DNA of 64,000 bases from Raillietiella orientalis (Eukaryota). Below, piece by piece: positions 53,190 through 64,000 of this stretch. The notes below the pieces were generated by a model. The model did not search any database and was not told the origin of the DNA. It saw only the letters and a program-made list of their open reading frames with translations. Both the position numbers and the translations under genes were made by a program. The stretch spans positions 1,054,001 through 1,118,000 of the forward strand of contig JAYWIR010000040.1 of the NCBI GenBank assembly GCA_036172245.1, given 5' to 3'. Each line of letters opens with the position of its first letter. Position 1 is the stretch's first letter.

Positions 53190-56100
53190 TGCATAGGCAT
53201 GATAAGTTGACTACCAGATGTTCCGCGGCCCGATTGCTAAACGCTTCACGTAATCATGAGCTGTCCAAACCACATCTTTCTCTTGAAATTAGCATTTGCA
53301 GTCCGGCTGTTGACCGAATAAAGGTTTTCTAAAATTCGAATGTATCCTCAAGTCATTGCTTTGGCTGATTCAATTAACTCCAAGAATGAGTGTTAGCTTG
53401 GTTAATCAAAGTGTTACACCTGTAAGAAAAGTATGTAGATACAGCCGTGGATCATTTAGATCAGGTAATTGATTCTGAAAGGACATTCAAAAGTAGAAAG
53501 TAGGTCTTCACTGGCGTGTGTTTTTTTTTTCCATTGGATGATGGAAATTATGGTTAGCACTGCCGAGTCTCCATGACCGTACTATTTCCAATAGTTGGAA
53601 TCTTAATTTTTTTTTCCCCTTTACCCGTCTATTAAAGTTTTGGTCGACTTTGATTTATAATGCTTTGAATAACGACCGACAGTCCTAAATCTTGGATGTG
53701 TTCTGGCCTAACCTTGATTCTCATTTGTGCACACGAAAAGGAAATTGACACACTGAACATATCTGCGAGTTCATTTTTTTTTCCCTCTCTTTATCTCCTT
53801 TTCTGTGAGTCCATATGTAAAAGTGATTCGTACCATGTCTCTGAAATGAAAAAACTCTTATGTTTGGTAACTTGCATTTTATTATAAATGCCATTTGAGT
53901 GGGTGTTTGGAAAGGGGAAAAAAAAAAAAAAAAATCACGTACTGAAGATCTGCACGTGACCTCATCGATGCACGCCCTTAAAACCAGGTATTCAGTGTGT
54001 TTCATGCGTTCCTCGTAAAAGGAAAAAAAACACACACACGCGCACATTCAGGAAGTTCATTTGAATTTGAGAAGATGTGTAATGAAACGTGGATAAAACT
54101 ACTGTGGTACAGATCGAGTGCCTGCTGTCTGCTCAAGAGAGCAGCGTAGCTGAAAACATATGAGCTATCGTTGTCGTAGCTCTTCTTAAGTGCAAGTGTA
54201 CAAGGTGTACTTGAATTTAAGAACTATTCGAACTGGTTACAGATAACTCTTGGATGTGTGAAAAGTGCACAATTGGAGGCTGAATGTATCAAAGAAATCT
54301 GTATCGATGTTCACGATAGTTAGTTGCTTGTTTGTTTGTTTTTGTAATTCGTGTGCATATTGTATCGAAATTTGCAGAAATGGCCTCCTTGTGAAATGGG
54401 ATTTCTCAGTGTGTGAGATAATCCCTTGATTGTAGTTTGATTTGATCTCAGTCCGTCATTGAAACACAGGTGGAATCTTTTAAGCTTTTTTCATGTTTCC
54501 CAGAACGAAGGTATATGAAAATATTCTGACTCTTCCCCCCTCCCCTTCAAAATGATGCCTAAGACCCAGACAGTCTATAGAAGGCTCAGTTCGACAGTGA
54601 TTCTGCGGAAATTGCTTCGGCTGTATGGCAGGCGCTGTACACACTTATTTAGAAATGTGTGTTCACGAAATTCGTGTAACAGTTGAAACGATGTACGTGG
54701 GTATTGCGTATTCATTTGTTCACATTACGAAGTTGTTTGTCTTTGGTTGTTGATGATGATTGTAGGCACAGTTGATGGTTCCATTGAGGACCATGCCAAT
54801 TCCTCTTAAAATTCGAGAATTTTCGCGTAGAGCATTCAACTTCTAGTGGAACTGTTTTGTTTTCGTTGCAGCCTTTTACTCTCGCGGACATCAGAACTAT
54901 CCAAAGTTTTGTGCGTTACTTTTCATTGTATCTTTCTGCAGATCCCATTTCCTACCTGCTTATAATATGTGCTCCGAAGTCTCGAATCAGTAATCGTGAT
55001 GCCTTTGTAAATATGTAAAAACAACGAGCGCCCCTGATATGTGTACGCTCTTCGGCCCTGCATATAATAAAACTAGGGGAAAAAAAAAAATACAGACATT
55101 TGGTTGGTATGTTTACGAAAGCGATATTGCAAGTTTCCTTGTGAAATGAAATTTCGTAGGTTTGATGGAAGTGTTTTTATTTAGCTTGTATGTAATGGCC
55201 TAAACTCCCGAGGGATTCATATTTTCTTATTCGTATAATGAACAGCTCCCAGCCAGCAGTTCAGAAACCGCCCTACATCGAAACGAGTTGAGAATTGGAC
55301 ACGAAAAGTGAGGTTACGTGTAATTTCTTGTCGTCATCGAGAAATCAGTGTCGACAAAAGAGGAGAACGTAAAAAGCGCACCTTGGATCTTTGTACTTGG
55401 GTCTTGTGTTTGTAATGCGCCTCACTCTTTCCCATATACACCTTATGTACATTGTTTGCTTGCTTGTCCGGTTGCATAAACGAAACCCAAGACCCAGAGT
55501 TCACGAGTTTTTTCAGGCTTTGTAAATTGGGTGCTTAGAATGGAGTCTCTCAGATCCATTGCTTGATGAAATTAGCGATGGGATCCGCATTCTTACCGAG
55601 TCATTAGAAATTGAGAAAGATAGGATGAAATAATAAGGTCTCGTTGAGAAATCCGAAGTTTCAGGAAAAATTCCTGAAGGCAGGATTTTTTGGTCACAGT
55701 GATCTAAAAGGAATGTTGAGCAGGATTTTGCAAGGTATTCTCTTCTACTTGTGTATCTGCCATGCCCCTCGGGTCAGTGTTCGTAGCATCTTCTTTCTAC
55801 GGTTCCTGTTTCCTCTGAACATAGCATCTCTCACCTTTGCAACCGAACCCCAACGTCAATCGGTCACAGCACTTCCGCGAGTGTTGAGGTGACCTTTGTA
55901 TCCAGCATGGCGCAAAAGCATGGTTTGCCATCTTGGAATGTTTTCACAGCTCCATCTGCACATTCTTCTCTTGCTTCGCTCAATTCGTTCTTCTCGGAAA
56001 AATCCAGCGGCACGTGCCGTCCTCTGAAGCCTTTTTCGAAAGAGCAGCTGGATTTGTTTTTCCATGTATGCCGGTGTTTTCTCGTTCGCGGAAATGGCGA

Positions 56101-57020
56101 TGAGAAACGGAAACATTTCATTGGGAACGCATCTTTGTCTCTTAACTCATTAATTCTTGTCTCACTGTCACTTGGAGCTCTCGTGAAATCTCAGCTGTCA
56201 AGGTCATACCATCGCCAAGCATTCCTTATAGTCTTCCATGCCGTTTGAAATATATACTTGATGCTGCTATGAACATGTCCTTATGTACCAAACCCGGATT
56301 TTCGTATCAAATGATCGCACGGATCTGTGAGCGGTGATTCGGAAACTGCGTTTTGATTACTAGGCTCTCGAAAAGTCACTCGTTGCAGGGCTGTCCCTGC
56401 TGCAGAATTTCATCTCGCGGCCGTAAGTGATTGCAGAAGGTGCAGAATCGTTATCCAGGTACACTCGCGTTCAGGGAACTGTTTCCAAAACAGGATTATT
56501 TGATAGTCGACGAGCGTACTTCAGTAACCTTAGCATGGACGTATTTTGCCTGAAGAAGCGAGTTGGGCGTTTGCACTTGCTCCCTTAATTTCTGAATGGT
56601 GGAGGAATTCCGATGAGATACGGTGTCTCTTCGTGAGAACAGTGTATTCACAATTTCAGGTTTCCTGAGAAAAATGCTGCGACACGTAACTTTCGTTAGT
56701 GTTCAGTATCTTTTACCGCACATATCGGAGGACGTCTAAGATCGCATCAATCCGCAGTAGTCGCGGAAGCTCCCTACTTGTAGATCTGCGGGAGAAGGAA
56801 CGTAAAGCGTGGGAGCTGAACATCGTACGCGTGTTCTCAGTGGGCTGCCAACATCAATGTGGGCCGAGTGACGAGACTTCGGCTGCTGCAAACAACTCAG
56901 CGCTGGTGCAGATTTGCAAGCATGAATCACAGACTGCTGTATCAACAGTAAAGATAGTTGGGTTATCCAGCAGAAACTTTCCATAATAGGATACTTCATT
57001 CGGTTCGTGAAAACTTTGAT

Positions 57021-57423
57021 GGGCCCGCGTCGGAGGCCATGTGGTTACGGTGGTCTCCGCGTGTGGCACTCGGCGTGGCGAGTTCGAATACTCTGCAAGA
57101 ATCAACGCAAGGAGTTTGTACGCGCGTCGTGGGTTCGAGTCGGAGACCCGCGGGATGACGCTGTTCGGCCTACTTCCGGGGGCGGCGCCCAGTAGTGGTG
57201 CAAAGTGTTGCCCCCGACGAGGTCCCACAACGGCAGTCGACCTCCAGATCCCTTCCAGGAATCAAGGAGTGGGAGTTCCCCTCCGGTTGTGCATAGGAGC
57301 GGACGCCCCTTTGGGGGGGGGGGGGACCCTCCGTAGAGAGTAAAGAAGGGGAGTCAAAGAGCTGCGTGGGACGCTGGTTCTTTAAGTACTCAGCGACCCC
57401 CCACACACAAAAAAAAAAAAAAA
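57021..57423 (+). mobile_element. tRNA-derived SINE with two B-boxes and a poly(A) tail
   Basis: A-box-like tggttacggtgg, B-box-like gagttcgaatac (~57080) and gggttcgagtc (57131), A-run at ~57409-57423. Homologous copy at 43148-44740. Confidence 0.75.
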
Positions 57424-57899
57424 GCTGAAAGCGAAGAAGGATTTCCATCGTCCCTAGGCGAGTTATGATAAAAATTTCGTGATGCCCACCCTGCAAACTA
57501 CAAGTTACTTGCTTTTCTGGAAAGTAAACTTGTATGAGTAAAAACTTGAGGCGTTTCGCCTCTTCCAAGCTACCCTTTTTGATGTTTTTTCTTCTTCTTT
57601 TGCGCGGGGGGGATGCATTATCCCAAATGGTTTCTGTCCGTGCAACGCCACAGAAAACCTATGAGCAATAATTACTCAAAGAAGCGCTAATCAGTAGCTG
57701 TTTGGAGTGAGTTGTCGTTGGCATTAACTCCATTTCCGGGTTGTGAATTCCAAGCAACAAAACACCAGCCAAGACGAAAGTTTGTGCTTGGAACAGGAAT
57801 CACTTGCCTGTAAGGGAGCGTCGATTCCAGAGTGCAGCGCCTCCATGATATTAGCCCAGCAGAGAAATCGACCAGCGTTTCATCTGCGGGTTTCCTGGA

Positions 57900-59000
57900 G
57901 AGATCATGTTGCCATCGGTGGCAGCTGGATCCTAAATCTTCGTGCGATCGGAGGCTGACGAAACGAGCAATGTTTCGAATCTGTGTACTTAAGACTTGCA
58001 CATCGAAGAAGTTGGGTGGATGCTTTCTAGCCAGGAACGGGAGCTAAAGAATTCGCGTTACTCATCAGCATGACCTCTCGTACTTGGTACCTTGGATCCA
58101 TCACTCTCAATCCCATGTACTCTTGAAAGCATTTTCTTCCGTTCTTCCCGTATTTTTGTACTTTCCCATCGGAAGGATCGGAAAGAGTTTCGGAGGGAAG
58201 ATGAAGTGCTTTAAGGCATATCATGTTCGAGTCTTCCAGTACGAAGCTGAGGTACGCTAATGCGAAACTTGCAGGGATGCCTTCGCTTTTCCTGTAGGGC
58301 AAAGGAGGATGGTGTAGAAGTGAATTCCAAGCAAGTCTCCTTAATTCTTAGTGGATATTGGTGGTTTCACAGGGGTTTTTTTTTTGTGTGTGAGTTTGAA
58401 GACTAGCAGGAAAGCGTGTGAATATCACTATCACTTCTTCTCTCTTTCTCATCGAAAACCACCCTCTTATGGAATCACTGGGGGCTCGTATCAAAGCCGT
58501 GGCTTTTCAGGGTGGAAGGCCGTTCGACCGCAGAAACGTTCGGAATTTCGTTTCGCGACTTGGGAGTTTCTGTGGCATACGATCGGTCTTTTCAGAACTG
58601 CACCAATGCGTGGCTCCGCGGGGGAGAGCTTGCCGAGAAGGACTGGCTTCGAGCATGGCAGCTAATTACTGTTAATCGAAAGAGTAGACTTACTGATAGC
58701 GTTGTTCCCGGTAAAGACTTATGGCTTCCGTCGTGGCTGATTAGCCGCGTGAGATTTCTGCAGTGATTTCGGAGCCGTTTGCCCAGATCCTTGGACAAAT
58801 CGAAAGTGACCAGGGATGGTGCGTACTTCAAAGAGTGGTTCATCCACCAAACCTCCGGACAGCGAGTGCAGGAGTGAACCGGGCGACCAGATCAAGACAA
58901 ACTTATCCGCGGTATCCAGCGTGTGTGCTTGCTGGGTGCGCTGTGCAAGTTTAACACGGCATTCCACCTCTACACTTTTGAATGCATTGAGTGCACTTTT
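57900..59000 (-). mobile_element. Decayed Penelope-like reverse transcriptase
   Basis: Ordered motifs across broken frames: TLDTADKFVLIW...LVDEPLFE, FRLTVISC, PYRKSEGIP, EYMGLRV, KHPPNFFDVQVLSTQIRNIARF (S.HP...R..RIC-like). Confidence 0.42.
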
Positions 59001-60559
59001 GAAACCCCAGTCGGGCCGCGTTTCCTCGCCTTGCAAACGGTCATTTGAGATTCGGTGAGCTGTGGTCAGCAACCCTGTTGTGCGCTCGGGTTTTGCTGCT
59101 GCCTCCAACGACCCCGTCTCGAAACTGCGCTATGGATGTCTGCAGTTGCCTGTGCACTGCCAACGTCGATCCTCGAGGCTTTCGATCGTGGGAGCACGAA
59201 AACTGCGAGTGTGCAGCCCCACGGGCAACGTGCCGAAAACCATGTTCATAAGAATGGACTCTTTGCCGAGATTCAGCACATTCCAGAACGTCCACAAATG
59301 ATTCTTGTAATGCGATCACGGAAATCGTATAGGAATGGAGACTTTGCGTCTGTAGAGCTTGGGTTTACGTGATCATTGGTGAACCACGCATAGGATGGGC
59401 TGCTTTTAAGTTTAAACTGTAATGTGGGAAGTATGATATCGTTTTTGCTTGCAGTATTTGCCGTTTCCCCGTTCTGACTTCTCGTTTATGAGACGGTGAT
59501 GGTGTTTCCTCAATCATTTTATATACCCTATGGAATTCAGGGTTCCATTCAGGGAATTCGGGGAACAGTAAATTTTCAAGTGTCGTAAAGAAATGTACCC
59601 TCTCTTGAATTTGATGACTGCTTATTAATGACGAGTCTTGGGCATTCCTAATTGAATAAGCGCAAGATGTAATAAAGCAATGCAAACCCTTGATGAATGA
59701 TAATCACTTTTGCAGGAAAATATGCACTGCATTTGACGTCTGTTAATTTTTGTGTGATTAAGTATGATGTATTCATGATAGGTGTATATTTACCGTGGGA
59801 TGTGTACGTAGGTACGCGCACACGCGAAAAACCCTTTGTCCAGAAGACGGGAGTGCAATTAACTTATTTCCACCATAAGCCTGTCGTTATTATATCACAA
59901 AACGCCTAAGTCAGTTTTAGATTCCGACAGTTGTCCGTGAATAGTGAAAAAAAGAGAATAATAGGGATTTGTGGAGCATGTCGCTATTGTGTTGGAACAA
60001 GTGTTCAGGGTGCGTAGTACTTACCGACTCGTTGCAGTAGTGGGTCTGGCATGTCAGTGCGTATGTTCGCGTGTCTTGAGAGTCCCTGTGAAGTTCGTTT
60101 ACCACCAACACGCGTAGTTTCCCATGTCTGGTGACGCTGTGATGCGAGAAAATGACATCCTTATTCACTCGTCTGGTGGAATCCTGCTGCTGCTTCATGC
60201 GTATGGGAAACTCCATGGATGTGGAAACCTCTCCTTTGGCCTTGCATGACGAATATGAAAAGTTCACCTCTGTGACCGTTGAAGCTGTGAATTATTGTAA
60301 CGAAGAGGTTGTCATCGTTTCGTTGCTTTCTTGATCGAATTCACTTATCTTGGACCGACATGCATTTGCATAAATGGGCCCTTGTATTTGCTCTTGCTCT
60401 TATGAAAGTTGCTGAGTATGTTCAAAGCAAACGTACCGGGAAATTCAGTGTTCTGAACGTTGCCAGTAAAACGATGCTGCTGTATGTATATACATTTTAT
60501 TATTTCATTGGTTTGATGAGGTGTGCACTCGTGTGCGGGAAACATCAGCTGAACATTTT

Positions 60560-61530
60560 TCGCTTTGCCTTTTTTATGTTAGCACTTGACTCCGAAAACG
60601 AAGCGATTCGGAGCTTGCGGACCCATCGGTGCCCTGCGAGGTGCTGTGTGACCTTGTTCCCATTCAATGGACCTGTAAGATCTGCTTCAATCGCGGTAAT
60701 TAAGAATTGAAACGAAAGTTCCATCGTGAACTCGGTTGCACCAATTAAGGAACAATCTGTTCCAGCCATCCGCTTCCGAGTAGCTTTAATGGCAGTGTGG
60801 AAGAATCTGAAGGTTTTGAATTAGCTACCATATGTGATGGAATTTCGCCCCGCACGACACGTGATTTCTCTGCGGGATGATGCAGCGTTGCAGCAGGATG
60901 GGTGCAGATGTAACAGTTGTCTCGTTAATTCAGTTGCCGAATTCGGGAATTTCCCATGCTGCTGCTCCTTCGACTCGAGAAGTGTAAGGGATTCGATCCA
61001 TACCGTGTCAGTAATTGACGCACACAGCTCTGAGCCACCGTCTCTGAAGAGCAGTGCGCGGAAAACTACGGGCACCATGATCTCGAAGAAAAAGTGTCTG
61101 CCCTTATCGAATGGATCGTGCTGGCGAGATGCTGTCTCGGTGCAGAGTAGGCCATTCAGTGAAACGGAGAACGGAAAGAGAAGTGGGGAATTATTCTTTT
61201 TCTCAAGCAATGCATCAGATAGGTACCAAACACCTTCACGGCTGTTCGCAAAGTCCGACATCGTGGATCGGATGGTGGGCCATCCCACGCGTAATTCAAG
61301 TCTGATCCGAGTGGGAAATCGGCGCGGATAACTGGATGCAGGCGTGGGTGGGACCCTAAAGGGGAAAAAAAAAATTTCCCTGCAGAATTGGGAAAAATTG
61401 CAGTCGGAAGTCTTCGAAGCGGCAAGACGCGTGCTGGTAGCTATCAGCGGGCAGAAGTCGCTGCGATTTTTGTCGGCATCCAATAGTTTTGTTCTCATTT
61501 GCCTGTTCTTTGCTTTTTCCATTTCCCGAA
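60560..61530 (-). mobile_element. Decayed Penelope-like reverse transcriptase (second copy)
   Basis: Ordered motifs: KLLDADKN, PASSYPRRFP..R...GWP, LFPFSVSLNGL, FFFE...RDGGSELCASITD, FTMELSFQFL, RKLRIAS. Confidence 0.45.
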
Positions 61531-64000
61531 TTTCAATCTTCTTTGGCTGCATCAGGTTTCATCCTGTAATCCAATTAAGAGTTTCTTAGGTGCATTGACG
61601 TACGGAAGGTGAGAGAGATTTGTTACCCGTTTCTTTACAGGTTTCGGTTGCCTCATTTCTTTTTGTTCGTAACCAGCTCCTTTTCTTCAGGTTTGTTCCT
61701 AACTCACTGATGAAGCGTTCCCACCCACCCACCCCCGCATAAACTTTGATTAAAAGGACATTTGAAAACAAATGATGAAAGTTCGATTCTTCAATTCCCT
61801 CCCCCCCCCCCCGGGTAAAGAATGTTAACTCCCGAGGCAGTCCGAAAACCCATGTTTTCATGAAAGGCAATTTCCGTTCCCAGGTGAGAGGTCACGAGTC
61901 TTTCATTCAAGCTGCATGTATATACATTTTATACGCACGCAAAGGCAAAGAGCTGTCGCCACCGAGTTTTTTCAGGTTAGCAACAACTGGAAGCTCCGTT
62001 GAATGCTGGCAGCCGTTGCCATGTCGGTATTGTCCACTTTTTGCGCAGGAATTCTCTTTCAGCGTGTCGCGTTCCCACTATGTACACACGGAAGGTCAAA
62101 AACTGATAAAGGGGGCAATAATTGCGGAAGTGGTCCCTCTGTGGCCCACGTCGTATGGCGAATGGGAAGCGATCCCATAGACGTCGAGGTGTATGGTGAG
62201 GTGTAGCATGGCTCGGGGGCGCACCCCAAGACGAAGCCCGAACAGCAATCCGATGGCAGTGCTTAGGATATTGACATGACACAGGCCTCAGGGGAAAGTT
62301 ACCGCGCCTACTCTTGTTCTGGCTTGCCCAGCCAAACTCGCCCTGAGAACTTCATGAACTCCCGGCGCCGAACATTTGCTACGTTGAAACAGACGTGGCG
62401 CACTGATGAGTTGTTTGCTTAACCGCCGAAGAGAAATTATTTCACGATCGCTCCCGCATCAAAGGGAACGATTGGCTGCGCAGAAAAAGAGAAAGTGAAT
62501 TCTCATCGTGTTCACTTTGAACTCTCTTGCTTTGCTTTGTGTGACTTGCGCGACCGATGACGACGGTTTCATTTAGGAGACACAACGTATCTCCCAACCA
62601 TGCTGCTGCTTCATCTTAACCGCAAACAGAATCCTGCAGTTTTGTGTGTGTTTTCCAGCATAATGCGTATATGTGCGATGGAGCTACGCTGGAACGTTCT
62701 TCGCTTCCCGCCCTCGTGAGTGTTGCAGTAAACACTCTTTCGCTTCATGATCCGTTTCGGATTCCAACCGACATTTCGAAAGGCCATCAAACGTTTCTGT
62801 TCTTCGCCGTTCCGACTTTTCGGTTGCTCTTCGTCTATTCGTCACGACGGCGCTCGGAGGTCGAGGCGGACTCTGTGTTCCTTTCCTAAGCTCCTCGGCG
62901 GCGAACCCGACCCCCTCTGGCGGGTGGCTGGCGGCACCATCGCTCCTCCGCCGAAGCGGTCGTGCGTGGTGCCCATCCACCATCGTGTCCTTAGCGCACA
63001 CTCTTCGCTTATCACCACTGGAAACGGGGACTCTGCTCGTTTCGTTTGACTCTCACTGCTCGCCAGTCGGAGGTGCGTTCGGGTAGGGAAGGCGCGAAGG
63101 GTAAGCGTTGGCGAAAGCCTTCTTTTCATGTGGTAACATGCAGTGAAACAGATGCCCTCTGGCGTAGCAGTCGGGAGCAAAGATAGCTTCGTCAAAAAAG
63201 AGTGGAGCTTCTTGAAACTCATCCAGCTCATTCCTGTTCCCCCGTTCGGTTCTCGACCACCTCTCTTTTCAGTGAATACGAAGGGATTTCCGTGCCTTTT
63301 CATTTTTCTCCCTCATCTTGGTCGCTGTTTCTCACGGCTGCACGCATCAGTGAACCTTGCTTGCTGCTGCACCCTTTATGACGCTGCATTCACCCTGATG
63401 GGCATTTTCTTTCTTTCATGTTTTATTTTTTGTGCACTACATGTGGCGGTGGATGGGCCATTATTTTCTTAAAGAGGCTTCCTTGGAAACCGGAGAGAAC
63501 ATCTTTCCGAGCAGGGCCTGCACAAATGCCACGGAGTCGTAAAACCAGATGCAGTGGCTTCCGGTTCAGCCTTGAAGGTCCGGAGGCTGCGAAGCTGCTG
63601 CTGCGTGTTTCCGATTAGCCACCTTCCTCCCCCAACGGATGTTTTCCAGCAGCGCGGGGCAGCAGGTTGTGGCTAGAGTGTCAGCTTGCCTGGTAAAGCC
63701 ACTGCTGTCACGCTGGTGACGTCCTCACTTCCCAGATCGAGACGCGAAAATTCCGATCATTCAGAGCTCCTTGTGTGGACATTCTTTGGTGTGTGTGTTG
63801 GAAAGGGGGGGGGGAAGGCAAGAAAGAGTGTTGGCGACTGGTGATTGTCCAGGTTTGACGATCGTGCGCGCAAACTGCACGGAAAGGAGAATTTCGTCCG
63901 TCTTTCTCCTCCGTTTCAGGTGTTCCCGTGTGCGTGTGCTTTTCTCTTCGCGCGATGTAGGGGTCGTCTTTACCTCCCCGACCACCATGCCACTCCTCCC

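Noticed and set aside
58025..58055. Hammerhead-like ctgatgag...gaat on the minus strand (also ctgatga near 61708 and 62403)
   Set aside because: No GAAA core and no supporting stems.

Overview
Eukaryotic (invertebrate-like) genomic DNA with short GT-AG introns. Nearly all ORFs in the supplied track are spurious. The first ~25 kb is a giant inverted duplication: 1-9291 mirrors 15409-24706, and the left arm runs off the window. Its 6.1-kb spacer holds an intact 5-exon gene for an unrecognised 251-aa protein with a signal peptide (13890-15294, +), and a stop-containing orphan paralogous last exon lies at 27978-28193. A complete 9-exon CCDC149 gene spans 29055-35367 (+). The first coding exon of an LRRFIP-like gene is at 50245-50334 (+), followed by a long intron containing decayed Penelope-like fragments, a tRNA-derived SINE and a 41-bp perfect foldback. 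Several 5'-truncated copies of an L1/Tx1-like LINE are present. They lack a poly(A) tail and share a structured 3' end (covarying hairpin/pseudoknot plus a terminal hairpin). One copy has a 14-bp TSD inside a SINE, and another is nested in a copy of its own family. All family assignments come from recalled motifs, not from database searches.
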